Origin: Candidatus Freyarchaeum deiterrae
GTDB taxonomy: Archaea; Asgardarchaeota; Jordiarchaeia; Jordiarchaeales; Jordiarchaeaceae
Assembly (NCBI GenBank): GCA_037305845.1
Contig: CP147778.1
Location: 352,001 to 416,000 of the forward strand
Reading direction: 5' to 3'
Length of the DNA stretch: 64,000 bases
Position 1 is the stretch's first letter. Each line of letters opens with the position of its first letter. Shown piece by piece: positions 38,538 through 51,000 of this stretch. Below the pieces are notes generated by a model. It was not told the origin of the DNA, did not search any database, and saw only the letters and a program-made list of their open reading frames with translations. The position numbers and the translations under genes were made by a program.

Positions 38538-40964
38538 TTACATGCATTTCACGCCTAGGAAATTTTCTAGTTCAGTGAATTGCTCGATCCATTTTTTCGC
38601 GTTGGGATCAGTCATTCCTTCTTTTTTCATTAAACCGCAGAACTTCTTGCCTATTGAGAAGAAGGTGTTCTGGGCTTTCCAAAGATTTAGTTCCATCGGG
38701 AAGGCGTTTAGGAATTTAAGTGTATTATTTATTGCTTCCAGTATAGCCAAATTTTTCGGATTTTTGGAGAATTTTTGCATGAGTATATTAATCTTCTGAG
38801 TTGCGGCAAATCCCAGTGCGGTTTTATCCGGTTCTAAGAACCATTGTTTCATTTCTTCGACTAAGTATTGAAGCTGGCCAAGGTCTGTATCTTCATCTTC
38901 CAATAATTTGCTGATATCCATGTTTAATATAAATCCTATAACTGTGGAGAGGGCTGGCGGTGGAGGAAGCCCCATCTGTATTATCGTCTGCATTATAGGA
39001 TAGTTGTTTTTGTATATTTTTCGGAAAATGTCTTCTATCTCTTTCTGTGTGGGTTCAAGAATCTGGCTCAAAATCTTTCTCTGCTCATCAGTGAAGAGAT
39101 GCCGTAGTGAATAGCTGCGTGTATCAAAATATGTTTCTATTAAACTAGTAACTTCAGACACATCGTCGCCGTTCTGGAAAGCCTTTTTTATCTTTTTACA
39201 CATTTTGGAAAAATAATCTTTATCCATATTATCATGGACTCCTCCGAACAAGTTTTGGCCCCCAACATAGAGAACTGCGAAGCTTATGATGCCTTCTTCC
39301 CAAGTGATATCCGAACGTATACTTGCCCTTCCCATGGCGAGTTTTTGGTTTCCCTCCTCCTCTTGGTCGTATATCTCGCTGTTGGCTGTGTAACAGTAAA
39401 TCTTTGTGTTTTCGGGGTACTCTTTAAATAGAGAGGAAACAGCATAGTGAGCTCCAACCCTTGGCAGATCAATAACATTGGGTTTTACAAACCTATTGTA
39501 GATTTCAGCACCGTTTTTGTACTCTTGGATGTTGCTTGGTGCCCGCTCAAGTATCTTGACATAGTTAGGCTCTAAATCTACACCGCCTACTTCTCTAGCG
39601 AGCTGCATTGCGCGAGCAGCGTACTGCAAAATCTGAATGGTTTCAATGCCCGAAATCTCATCAAAGAACCAACCATCACTTGAGTACATGAGCATAGCGT
39701 TCCTCTGCATTTCGAGTAGCTTTAAAACCTTCACTTTATCTTCTTTTGTGAGTTCCTTAACGGTGTGTTCTGAAAAGAAGTGCTCTACGTTCTTAACGGA
39801 TCTGTCGAGAATGACTTCAATATAGTCATTTCTCACCTGCCAGGGATCATGTACATAGAGTGTCATTTCCTTCTCAAAGAGTGAAGCGAGATTGTCTCTA
39901 AGCCAGTCCATTGCTTCGCGCAGAGGGGCCCGCCATTTTTGATTCCATCCGGGGTGTGCTCCCATATTGCATCCACAGTCACTTCTCCATCTCTCCACAC
40001 CGTGAGAACAACTCCAAGAAGTATTCTCACTAAGTTCTACCTCGTATTTAGGAGGGCTTTTTTCCAAATACTCACCGTATATGGTAATTTTGGCGAGATG
40101 GTTTGATTCCATGTAGTAAATGCAGTAGGCAAGAGCCATGTCACCAAATCGGAGATGATGACCATAAGTTTCTCCGTCGGTGGCGATGTGGACAATCTGA
40201 TTCTGTTCCTGGTCTTGGGAAAAATTGTTGAGCAATCTTTTCGCAAAGTTTTCACCATTTATTAAGAGGTTACCGAAAGCAACATCATTCGCAATCGAGC
40301 CATTGTAAAAAAAGACATTAATGCTTCTTCCGGAAGGAAGCTTGCACACGTAGGGTGTTTTGGTATCGATATTTCTAGCAGTCACATCATTCCACATTTC
40401 TTCCCCGATTTTTCGCACTCGACGTGCCTGATGCGGTGCCAGAATAATGAATTTTACACCTTGTTCAGCCATTATGTCCAGTGTTTCAATATCAACAGCT
40501 GTTTCTGGAAGCCAAATACCTTCAGGTTTCCTTCCAAAACGGCGTTCAAAATCTCTTATCCCCCAGATTGTCTGCGTGATCTTGTCTCTACTATTGGCAA
40601 GGGGCATTATAATATGACTGTAAGCTTGGGCTATAGCCGGTCCATGTCCTGAAAATTGCTTCCGACTCTCCTTATCCGTTTCAATAATTGCTTTATACAC
40701 TTCAGGCTCGTGTCTTTCTAACCAAGAAAGCAATGTGGGACCAAAGTTAAAACTTATTTTCGAATAATTGTTGACTATGTCAATAATCGTTTTCTCGCTG
40801 TCAAGAATGCGGGAAGCCGTGTTAGGCTCGTAACACTCCGCAGATACCTTTTCATTCCAATCGTGGTAAGGATAAGCCCCTTCCTGCAGTTCGACCTCTT
40901 CCAGCCAAGGATTCTCTCTTGGCGGTTGATAAAAATGACCGTGAATGCAAACATAATGACTCAT
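38538..40964 (-). CDS. GH57-family protein with DUF3536
   Basis: HGHFYQPPRENPW, NFGPTL, WLPETA, ATDGETYGHH and WSCSHGVERW. Confidence 0.92.
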   Translation of the reverse strand: MSHYVCIHGHFYQPPRENPWLEEVELQEGAYPYHDWNEKVSAECYEPNTASRILDSEKTIIDIVNNYSKISFNFGPTLLSWLERHEPEVYKAIIETDKESRKQFSGHGPAIAQAYSHIIMPLANSRDKITQTIWGIRDFERRFGRKPEGIWLPETAVDIETLDIMAEQGVKFIILAPHQARRVRKIGEEMWNDVTARNIDTKTPYVCKLPSGRSINVFFYNGSIANDVAFGNLLINGENFAKRLLNNFSQDQEQNQIVHIATDGETYGHHLRFGDMALAYCIYYMESNHLAKITIYGEYLEKSPPKYEVELSENTSWSCSHGVERWRSDCGCNMGAHPGWNQKWRAPLREAMDWLRDNLASLFEKEMTLYVHDPWQVRNDYIEVILDRSVKNVEHFFSEHTVKELTKEDKVKVLKLLEMQRNAMLMYSSDGWFFDEISGIETIQILQYAARAMQLAREVGGVDLEPNYVKILERAPSNIQEYKNGAEIYNRFVKPNVIDLPRVGAHYAVSSLFKEYPENTKIYCYTANSEIYDQEEEGNQKLAMGRASIRSDITWEEGIISFAVLYVGGQNLFGGVHDNMDKDYFSKMCKKIKKAFQNGDDVSEVTSLIETYFDTRSYSLRHLFTDEQRKILSQILEPTQKEIEDIFRKIYKNNYPIMQTIIQMGLPPPPALSTVIGFILNMDISKLLEDEDTDLGQLQYLVEEMKQWFLEPDKTALGFAATQKINILMQKFSKNPKNLAILEAINNTLKFLNAFPMELNLWKAQNTFFSIGKKFCGLMKKEGMTDPNAKKWIEQFTELENFLGVKCM

Positions 40965-41624
40965 AATGATGATGCCTCCATCGTATGTAATGAAAAACTG
41001 AGAGGACTTATAATTAGTTCTTATCCATAATTTATTCTCTCACGTATTGAAGAACCGGGTTCCCTCCATATATTTTCGGAGGAATCTCTAATCTTTTTAC
41101 TTACTCCTTTTAGTAATATTGACACGAAAAGCCAATATCTTTTTCGTTAAAATTCATAAAGCAGAATCTAGCGGTCATTACACCATACGCAGAGAAAAAA
41201 AGCCTTTCTCCTTCCATCCCTTATTGAAGGCAAACTTAGTGTAAGACCTACAGTAATAAAAGGAAATTTGAGTTCTTTAGTAACACGTTCCAGTACTTGG
41301 AACAGAGTAAAAAGCGATTAATTACAATGTTTATTACCAACCCTAAAGTGAAAATAGCTTAGTTATCAGATTGGTAATGCGATTGCTTGTTCTACGTGTA
41401 ACCTTAATTTTTCAAAAAATCCGAGACCCAAGCGCAGCGCAGAAAAGTTTTCAAGCTCGGGCATTTTCCAATATTTCTGGGATAGAGGTTTATTGATGAG
41501 CTAGATTTTTGGGTATGTTTTAGTTATGGGAGTTTGTAGAAGAAGGGGGTGACAGAAAGTTTAAATAAGAAAAATATCGTTTTTTTGAGAGCGAAATATT
41601 TGGGTAAAGGGCGGTTTAGAGAGT

Positions 41625-42296
41625 TTGTCCGACGTTTTGAAGAATAGGTTTAAAAAAATTTGTTTGGCGGCATTAGCGGTTATAATTGTTGCTTTGATAC
41701 TCTATATTTTTTTGAATTTTACCTATTCTAGTACAGAGAATCAATGGTTTAATCTTAGTTCATTTTCCTATGTGATGTTGTACTCTTCTCTTCCTAATTC
41801 AATTTCTCCATGGCTTTCTTTAGGTACGATTTTTTCAATATTAGCAGAAAGCACTCTTAATGAGTTAAATGAAATTTTAGTTGTTCCGTTCGTAATGATC
41901 GGATTAGGTTTCGGACTGATACTCGGATCCTACTTACAACTCTTCAGAGTTTCTAATTCATACAATAGGCATAAAAAACTTGACGCGATGGGATGGGCGT
42001 TTCTATTTGTTGTTTTGATACTCTGTTTTTCTTGGGTGGTTACTTATTCGGATCCATGGCTTAATCTCACTTTATTTTCCTATGTGATGATGTACTCTTC
42101 TCTTCCTAATTCCATTTCCCCATGGCTTTCTTTAAGCACGATCTCTTTAAGATTAGCAGAAAGCACTCTTAATGAGTTATATAACCTTTTACTTGTTCCA
42201 ATGTTAATTTTTGGATTAGGTGGCGGACTGTGGTTCGGTTCAGACTTAATCCTCAGCAGAGTTGCTAAATATAAAAGAAATCCGAAAAGCAGTTGA
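41625..42296 (+). CDS. Membrane protein built from two 104-aa internal repeats
   Basis: FSYVM(L/M)YSSLPNSISPWLSL...LAESTLNEL occurs twice, with a DNA period of 312 bp. Confidence 0.65.
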   Translation: MSDVLKNRFKKICLAALAVIIVALILYIFLNFTYSSTENQWFNLSSFSYVMLYSSLPNSISPWLSLGTIFSILAESTLNELNEILVVPFVMIGLGFGLILGSYLQLFRVSNSYNRHKKLDAMGWAFLFVVLILCFSWVVTYSDPWLNLTLFSYVMMYSSLPNSISPWLSLSTISLRLAESTLNELYNLLLVPMLIFGLGGGLWFGSDLILSRVAKYKRNPKSS

Positions 42297-42715
42297 TGAA
42301 GGCAATATTTTACTCATCATTTTCAGCGCTTTCACTTTTTTTGTCGTAGGATTGAATGTAAAGCGAGACTCGAATTAGATTTGGTATTCTTTTCTTCGGT
42401 TTTTTCCCTGACCACTTTCTGTAGGGCATACCAGGGATTATAGCCGCCATCCTCGCGAGCTTTATAGGTAAGAACTGGCTTTTACTCGCGTACGGTTATG
42501 TCTACATCAATGTTATACTGGTGAACCCGCACCAAACAATTTTGGTACTGCTTCGTTTACTCCCTCGCTATCATGTTTCCACTAATCTCAGTAATGCTAA
42601 TCCTCGTATACCTGTCCAGTGATGTCGAACCTCAGTTCCATTAGCACAACCATCAAACACTCCCCCCTTTTTCTAAGGTTTATTTTTTAAAACTTTTTCA
42701 GAGTAATTAACTCGT

Positions 42716-43516
42716 TTATTTCTCTCCAGTAATAATACCTATTGTTCCTAACATGAATGGTAACTTCAATGAACGTGGGATAAAGGTCGATCCCCGTGTC
42801 TCAACAAATTTTACTTTCGTTACTCCCCAGCTTCGGATAGTCTTGATCAAGTCTTTTGTATCGCCATAAATTCTTTTCATCAAAAACAAGTCTTGAAAAG
42901 CGAATTTTCCACCCTTTTTAACGACACGTAATGCTTCTCGGATGACTTCTCGCTTGTCTGCGGTATCCTTCACTTCATGGAATACAAGATTGCTCACTAC
43001 TGCATCAAAATACTCATCGTCAAATGGCAACGCTGAAGCGCTAGCTTTCTGGAAGGTTACGCGTTTACTGACTCCCTCAATCCGGGCATTCGCTTCGCAT
43101 ATATTTCTTGAGTATTCCCACTGGCCTCCCCAATAGTCAATCCCTACAATCCGAGCCTCCGCATACTTTTGAGCAAGTTTGATGGTGAGCGGGCCGTTTC
43201 CACAGCCTATATCCAATGCTCGTCCCTTTCCGTTCCAATCCAAATGCGCTAGCAATAACTCAAGGACTTTGTTCTGCACATTTCCTCCTCGTGGAGCAAA
43301 CTGATACCGAGCATACATAAAGTAGACAGAAAAGCAAAGTGACAAACCAGCGGGAATCAAAAATAAAAACCAATAAGAAGCTAGAAAGGACAAGAAGCCG
43401 GGAACTACTAAGACCCGTAACAAAATGGATAATCCCAAAAATATGAGCCCTATCGCAGCTGTTTCATAGATGAGTCTCTTCGAAACCCAGTTTCCGTATT
43501 CCGATTTTTCAACCAT
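42716..43516 (-). CDS. Class I SAM-dependent methyltransferase with N-terminal TM segments
   Basis: LDIGCGNG, GIDYW, LPFDD..FD.VVSN and LRVVKKGG. GAGGGTG precedes ATG 43516. Confidence 0.9.
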   Translation of the reverse strand: MVEKSEYGNWVSKRLIYETAAIGLIFLGLSILLRVLVVPGFLSFLASYWFLFLIPAGLSLCFSVYFMYARYQFAPRGGNVQNKVLELLLAHLDWNGKGRALDIGCGNGPLTIKLAQKYAEARIVGIDYWGGQWEYSRNICEANARIEGVSKRVTFQKASASALPFDDEYFDAVVSNLVFHEVKDTADKREVIREALRVVKKGGKFAFQDLFLMKRIYGDTKDLIKTIRSWGVTKVKFVETRGSTFIPRSLKLPFMLGTIGIITGEK

Positions 43517-43736
43517 TCTTACACCCTCTCTTTTTTCTATCTCGGACATTCACTGTTCGACTGATTGTGCATATAAGCTAAACGTTCCAAATATTGACGA
43601 CCACACAAATTTAGAGACGCAGAGGGGGCGGCAAAGATAATCCACCCCTGAAGACCCGAGGCTGTTTTTATCAAGGATGTCTAAACTAATAACCTCCATC
43701 TTCTGCTACCAAGATACAGGATGCTGGCTTCCATCT

Positions 43737-45662
43737 TCAAGCCTTCCGTTTGAGGAAGATAACTCCCAGAGGTGGTAAAGAGAGGGAGAGGGAATAGTTC
43801 CTGTCGTTGAATTGGATTTGTTCAGCCTCAGCTTTTCTAACCGTGCTTTGGCCGCTCCCTCCATATTCTTTGTCATCGCTGTTTAAAACCACTTCCCAAG
43901 AACCATCTGAAGGAACACCTACCCTATAATCAGGCCTTGGGATGGGTGTAAAATTACCAATCACGAGTATAATGTCCTTAGTAGTTCTTCCTTTCCTTAT
44001 GAAGCTGATGACGCTTTGTTCCCAGTCGCCAATATTTATCCACTCGAACCCCTCTTTATCGAAATCGATTTCATTTAGGGCGGGTTCGCTTCTGTAAAAT
44101 TGGTTTAGATCCTTTACCCATCGCTGAACTTCTTGATGTGGGGGATACTGGAGGAGGTCCCATTCCAAGTTTGAGTCGTGGTTCCACTCCTGCCTTTGTC
44201 CAAATTCGTCTCCCATGAATAGGAGCTTCTTGCCTGGATGGGCGTACATGTAGCCGAGTATGAGACGGAGATTCGCAAATTTCTGCCAGTCGTCTCCGGG
44301 CATCTTGCCGATGAGGGAGCCTTTCCCATAGACAACTTCGTCGTGAGAAAGTGGAAGGATGTAGTTCTCGGAGAACGCGTACCAGAGGCTGAATGTCAGT
44401 GTGTTATGCTGATGCTTACGGTAGACGGGGTCCTTGGACATGTACTCCAGTGTATCGTGCATCCAACCCATGTTCCACTTCATACCAAAGCCTAAACCTC
44501 CCACGAAGGTGGGTCTTGAAACCATGGGCCAAGCTGTTGACTCTTCGGCTATGGTTTGAACGTCAGGAAAATTCCCGTAAACCACTTCATTCAGCCTGCG
44601 CAGGAAACTTATGGCCTCAAGGTTTTCTCTTCCACCAAACTGGTTGGGTATCCATTCTCCCTCCTTTCGGGAGTAATCGAGATAAAGCATGGAGGCTACG
44701 GCGTCCACTCTTATGCCGTCAGCATGGTATTTTCTTAGCCAGAAGAGTGCGCTACTGATGAGGAAGGCTGGCACTTCGTTTCGGCCGTAGTTGAAGATAT
44801 AGCTGCCCCAGTCGGGGTGGAAGCCTCTCCGAGGATCGGCGTATTCGTAGAGATGAGTACCGTCAAAAAAGCCCAACCCGTATTCATCTGTTGGAAAATG
44901 CGAAGGAACCCAGTCTAGGATAACTCCTATGTTATTCTGATGGAGACAGTCAACAAGGTACATAAAATCCTGAGGAGTGCCATACCGACTGGTGGGGGCG
45001 AAATATCCTATTATCTGATACCCCCAAGAACCGTAGAAAGGATGCTCCATAACAGGCAAGAATTCCACATGAGTGTAGCCCATATCTTTCACGTATTCTA
45101 CTAGGTGCTTGGCCAGTTCCCTGTAATTGAGAGATCTATTGTTCTCTTCAGGAACCCTTCGCCATGATCCAAGATGTACCTCATAAACGGTTATGTTAGT
45201 GTTAAGTGAATTGTTTTTGCTACGATTTCTCATCCACTCCGCATCATTCCACTCATAGTTCAAATCCCATACAATGGAAGCAGTTTTTGGGGGAACCTCC
45301 CAGTAAAAGGCAAAAGGATCTCCTTTATCCACTTTATATTTGTTGAACTTTGAAACAATGTGATACTTGTAAAGAGCACCGTTGCGAACACCGGGAATAA
45401 AGCCCTCAAAAATGCCTGAGCCGTCCCATCTTACTCCTAAAGGGTGTGTTTTGGGGTTCCATCCGTTGAATTCCCCGATGACGGAAACACTTTCTGCATT
45501 GGGAGCCCATACGGCAAAATCGGTGCCATCCAATTCTTTTGCAGTCATAGTATGGGAACCTAATTTATCATAAAGTTGAAAATGGCTCCCCTCTTTAAAG
45601 AAGTAGGTATCGTGGTCTGTTATGAGACCCACATCGTACCTTACACTTCCGTCCTTTTTCAT
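43737..45662 (-). CDS. glgB: 1,4-alpha-glucan branching enzyme (GH13)
   Basis: FAVWAPNA, YEVHLGSW, LDWVPSHF, RVDAVASM, AEEST and LSHDEVV. Confidence 0.97.
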   Translation of the reverse strand: MKKDGSVRYDVGLITDHDTYFFKEGSHFQLYDKLGSHTMTAKELDGTDFAVWAPNAESVSVIGEFNGWNPKTHPLGVRWDGSGIFEGFIPGVRNGALYKYHIVSKFNKYKVDKGDPFAFYWEVPPKTASIVWDLNYEWNDAEWMRNRSKNNSLNTNITVYEVHLGSWRRVPEENNRSLNYRELAKHLVEYVKDMGYTHVEFLPVMEHPFYGSWGYQIIGYFAPTSRYGTPQDFMYLVDCLHQNNIGVILDWVPSHFPTDEYGLGFFDGTHLYEYADPRRGFHPDWGSYIFNYGRNEVPAFLISSALFWLRKYHADGIRVDAVASMLYLDYSRKEGEWIPNQFGGRENLEAISFLRRLNEVVYGNFPDVQTIAEESTAWPMVSRPTFVGGLGFGMKWNMGWMHDTLEYMSKDPVYRKHQHNTLTFSLWYAFSENYILPLSHDEVVYGKGSLIGKMPGDDWQKFANLRLILGYMYAHPGKKLLFMGDEFGQRQEWNHDSNLEWDLLQYPPHQEVQRWVKDLNQFYRSEPALNEIDFDKEGFEWINIGDWEQSVISFIRKGRTTKDIILVIGNFTPIPRPDYRVGVPSDGSWEVVLNSDDKEYGGSGQSTVRKAEAEQIQFNDRNYSLSLSLPPLGVIFLKRKA

Positions 45663-45975
45663 ACCACGTTTAAATTTTGAAATTTGAATACCTCCTTCCA
45701 GTCATCCATAATTGAACTGATTAAATTGCACTTTATGCTCTAACGAAAATAATAAACAAATCGGGGCGGCTTCCAGTTTATGTTCGAATTCGTAAACAGT
45801 TATTTACTGAAGCTCACTCTTTGGCTCCTCTCTTATATTTGGTTCCTTTATTCAATACAACTTCAGCATATAGAAGTATTCTATAAAAACATACATTATT
45901 AAATATTGTTTTTAGATTCGGGTAACAGAATCACTATTTGCGAAACATTTTTTTACATTCGAGTACCTTAATTGA

Positions 45976-47031
<1,056 letters not shown>

Positions 47032-47162
47032 TCATAAGAAAGTGGAAATTAAAAACTGAACCACTTCCTTTTTTATTAATTATCTCAACTTTCATCGAAT
47101 TGTATCGATTATAAAAAATGTTTTAAATAATTCAACATCTTTAAAAATATGTAAAAAGGAGG

Positions 47163-48851
47163 TTGCGAGAATTGAGTGACCTTTTGCGCCCAATTCTGGG
47201 TAAACAGTATATTGCCTATTTCTCGATGGAGATAGGATTAAATGATGATGTTCACACTTACAGCGGAGGTTTAGGCATTCTAGCCGGTGACATGGTAAAG
47301 TCATGCGCAGACCTAAAGGTTCCATTAGTTGCGGTTACATTGGTTAGTAGAAAGGGTTACTTTAGGCAAGAACTTACAGAGGACGGTTGGCAGACTGAGC
47401 ATCCTGACGACTGGGATCCTTCAAAATATATGACACTACTTCCAGAAGAGGTTCATGTGCAAATTCAAAACAGAGATGTTAAGGTTAAAGCTTGGCTCTA
47501 TGAAGTAAAGAGTCCTATAGGAGGTGTTGTCCCGGTTCTTTTTCTCGATACCGATGTGGATGGAAACACCCAAGAAGACCGAGAAATCACCTATTATCTT
47601 TATGGAGGAGATGAGAAATATAGATTGGAACAAGAGATTGTTCTAGGAATCGGGGGTTTGAGGATTCTTGATGCTTTGGGCTTCCAAATTCGGAGATATC
47701 ACATGAATGAGGGACACTCCAGCTTACTAGCACTGGAGCTTTTGAGAAAAAATGGAATGAATGTAGACAGAGTTAAAAATTTGTGCATATTTACCACCCA
47801 CACTCCTGTAGCGGCTGGGCATGACCAATTCGGCTATGACCTCGTTAGGGAAGTTATGGGAGACTTCATCTCTTTAGAAACCCTGAAAAAGTGGAGTGGA
47901 AACGAAGGGTTGAATATGACTCTTCTGGCATTGAATCTTAGCGAGTACGTTAACGGTGTATCCAAAAAGGATCAAGTTACATCAAGTCAAATGTATCCAG
48001 GCTATGTGATTAACGAAATAACTAATGGGATACATTCCCCCACCTGGACCTGTGAGAGTTTTAGGAAGCTGTACGACAAGTATATAATCGGTTGGGCTAA
48101 GGAGCCGGAGTTGCTGGTAAGAGTTGACATCATCCCAAATGAAGAAATATGGGAGGCTCACGCAGCACAGAAAAAAAAACTGATTGATAGCATTAACGAA
48201 ACCACAAAAGTCGGCATGGATTACAACACATTAACCATAGGGTTTGGGCGGAGAGCTACGGCGTATAAAAGAGCAACTCTAATATTCTCGGATGAAAATA
48301 AATTGAGACATATAGATCAACAGACGAAGATGCAAATCATCTTTGGTGGAAAAGCTCACCCTAAGGACGAATCCGGCAAGGAAATTATTCACGGGATATT
48401 TAACCACATTGAGGATTTAAAGGACAGAATCAAGATGGTTTATTTACCTAATTATGACTTTAGCGTTGCCTACGATATGGTTTCGGGTGTTGATGTCTGG
48501 TTGAATACTCCTTTACCGCCGTCCGAAGCCTCAGGCACCAGCGGGATGAAAGCAGCTCTCAATGGTGTCATAAACTTCAGCGTTTTGGACGGCTGGTGGG
48601 GCGAAGGCTGGATTGAGGGAGTTACCGGATGGGCAATAGGACCACACCCGGATGAACAAGTATCAGATGAGGAAAGTCGTAGCAGGGAACTGGAAGACTT
48701 GTACAACAAGCTGGAATACGTGATTGGTCCCATGTTTTATGATAGAAGAGATGAATGGATAACCATGATGAAGAACTCCATAGGGAAGATAGCCTACTAC
48801 TTCAACAGCCACATAATGATGCACAGATACATCACCGAAGCATACTTCTAA
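47163..48851 (+). CDS. glgP: Alpha-glucan phosphorylase (short form), copy 1
   Basis: AYFSMEIG, YSGGLGILAGD, HMNEGH, RRATAYKR and EASGTSGMKA (PLP Lys). Confidence 0.94.
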   Translation: MRELSDLLRPILGKQYIAYFSMEIGLNDDVHTYSGGLGILAGDMVKSCADLKVPLVAVTLVSRKGYFRQELTEDGWQTEHPDDWDPSKYMTLLPEEVHVQIQNRDVKVKAWLYEVKSPIGGVVPVLFLDTDVDGNTQEDREITYYLYGGDEKYRLEQEIVLGIGGLRILDALGFQIRRYHMNEGHSSLLALELLRKNGMNVDRVKNLCIFTTHTPVAAGHDQFGYDLVREVMGDFISLETLKKWSGNEGLNMTLLALNLSEYVNGVSKKDQVTSSQMYPGYVINEITNGIHSPTWTCESFRKLYDKYIIGWAKEPELLVRVDIIPNEEIWEAHAAQKKKLIDSINETTKVGMDYNTLTIGFGRRATAYKRATLIFSDENKLRHIDQQTKMQIIFGGKAHPKDESGKEIIHGIFNHIEDLKDRIKMVYLPNYDFSVAYDMVSGVDVWLNTPLPPSEASGTSGMKAALNGVINFSVLDGWWGEGWIEGVTGWAIGPHPDEQVSDEESRSRELEDLYNKLEYVIGPMFYDRRDEWITMMKNSIGKIAYYFNSHIMMHRYITEAYF

Positions 48852-49252
48852 TTCGACAGACATTTCAAGCCGGAATATGCTCACAAATTTTTATATTATA
48901 GTTATTAAAGACATTTAGGTTATACTCCCCACTTACATTTTTACTCCCGTTTATCCTTTTTGAAATTTAAAAAACTTTTTTAGTCATTTGCTTTGGAATA
49001 TTTGTTTTAGGGATAAACTTAATAGGAGAAACTTAATTCTATGTTTCTAATATTTATACAATTTAATCAATACACCGAGAAATCTTTAATTTCTAATAAG
49101 CGGCTTATATGCTAAGACAGTGACGGGGTTTCTAGCGCAAACAGAACAGTTGAGATTCATTTAATTGCTTAAATTGAAGTTTGAGTATAGCTAATGATTT
49201 AGCTACTTCAAGATGGATAAACAATAACATTCAAAAAGGAATGACCGCAGAA

Positions 49253-50932
49253 TTGGAAGCATGTTTACCATACACTCTAGGAAAACAAAACATTGCCTTC
49301 TTCACGATGGAGATAGGATTGGACAGTGGGATTCCAACCTACAGTGGAGGTTTAGGCATCCTAGCTGGCGATATTGCACGGACTAGTGCAGATTTAAACA
49401 TTCCATTAGTCGCGGTTACATTAATTAGTAAAAAGGGTTACTTTAAGCAGGAGTTAACCAGTGATGGACGCCAGATAGAGCATCCCGACGATTGGGATCC
49501 ACTCAAATTTATGGCACCACTACCGGCAGAGGTTCATGTGCAAATCCAAAACAGGGACGTTAGGGTTAAAGTTTGGCTCTATGAGGTAAGGAGCATAATA
49601 GGGGGTTCTGTACCAGTTCTCTTTTTAGACACCGACATCGAAGGGAATGCACCAGAAGACAGAGAGATTACGCACTTCTTGTATGGAGGAGATGAGAGAT
49701 ACAGATTAAAACAGGAGATTATCTTAGGAGTCGGAGGGGTGAGAATTCTTGACGCTTTGGGCTTCCAAATTCGGAGATACCACATGAATGAGGGACACTC
49801 CAGCCTCCTATCATTGGAGTTGCTACGGAAATACGGAATGGATTTAAATAGAGTTAAAAATTTGTGTATATTTACATCGCATACTCCTGTCGAAGCTGGA
49901 CATGACAAATTTTCCTATGACCTAGTTAGGGAAGTAATGGGTGAGTTCGTTCCCCTAGAAACCCTGAAGAAGCTAGGCGGCCAAGACTGTTTAAATATGA
50001 CTAGCTTAGCCTTGAACTTGAGCGAATACGTTAATGGAGTCTCCAAAAAGAATCAGGATACATCAAGTCACCTGTTTCCTGGTTACCGGATTAACGCAAT
50101 AACTAACGGCGTCCATTCTCACACATGGTCCTGCGAATGTTTTAGCAGACTATACGATAAGTACCTGCCCGGATGGGCTAATGAGCCGGAGCTGCTGGTA
50201 AGGGTTGACACCATCCCCAATGAAGAAGTATGGAATGCTCACACAGAATCTAAAAAGAAGCTGATTGATTACGTTAACGAAACCACAAAAGTCGGCATGG
50301 ATTACAACACACTAACCATAGGATGCGCACGAAGAGCCACCGCATATAAAAGAATGACTCTAATATTCTCCGATCTGGATAAGCTGAAAAAAATAAGTAA
50401 AAAGGGCAAGATACAAATCGTTTTTGCAGGGAAAGCTCATCCCAGGGATGAGTCAGGCAAGAGGATGATCCAAGATATTTTTAGCTACATTGAGAAACTA
50501 AAAGACTGTATTAAAATTGTTTATTTACCCAACTACGACTTGGGTCTTTCATGCAGGGTAATTTCGGGGTGTGATGTCTGGCTGAACACTCCATTACCTC
50601 CATTAGAAGCCTCAGGCACCAGCGGTATGAAGGCTGCGCATAATGGGGTGATAAACTTCAGTGTTCTGGACGGCTGGTGGCTTGAAGGCTGGATTGAAGA
50701 AGTTACCGGATGGGCGATAGGGCCACAACCAAATGAACCACTCTCAGAAGAGGAACGCAGAACCCGGGAACTGGAGGACTTGTACAACAAGCTGGAATAC
50801 GTGATCGTTCCCATGTTCTACCAGAGAAGAGACGAATGGATAACTATGATGAAGAACTCAATAGGTAAAATAGCCTACTACTTCAACAGCCACAGGATGA
50901 TGCGCAGATACATCACCGAGGCATACTTCTAA
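49253..50932 (+). CDS. glgP: Alpha-glucan phosphorylase (short form), copy 2
   Basis: Same motifs. TTG 49253 chosen by alignment with copy 3. Confidence 0.94.
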   Translation: MEACLPYTLGKQNIAFFTMEIGLDSGIPTYSGGLGILAGDIARTSADLNIPLVAVTLISKKGYFKQELTSDGRQIEHPDDWDPLKFMAPLPAEVHVQIQNRDVRVKVWLYEVRSIIGGSVPVLFLDTDIEGNAPEDREITHFLYGGDERYRLKQEIILGVGGVRILDALGFQIRRYHMNEGHSSLLSLELLRKYGMDLNRVKNLCIFTSHTPVEAGHDKFSYDLVREVMGEFVPLETLKKLGGQDCLNMTSLALNLSEYVNGVSKKNQDTSSHLFPGYRINAITNGVHSHTWSCECFSRLYDKYLPGWANEPELLVRVDTIPNEEVWNAHTESKKKLIDYVNETTKVGMDYNTLTIGCARRATAYKRMTLIFSDLDKLKKISKKGKIQIVFAGKAHPRDESGKRMIQDIFSYIEKLKDCIKIVYLPNYDLGLSCRVISGCDVWLNTPLPPLEASGTSGMKAAHNGVINFSVLDGWWLEGWIEEVTGWAIGPQPNEPLSEEERRTRELEDLYNKLEYVIVPMFYQRRDEWITMMKNSIGKIAYYFNSHRMMRRYITEAYF

Positions 50933-51000
50933 TTTAGATAAATAGTTTAGGTACATTAGCGTGCCTAAAGAAAAACATTGAAAGAGGAATGACATAAAAA

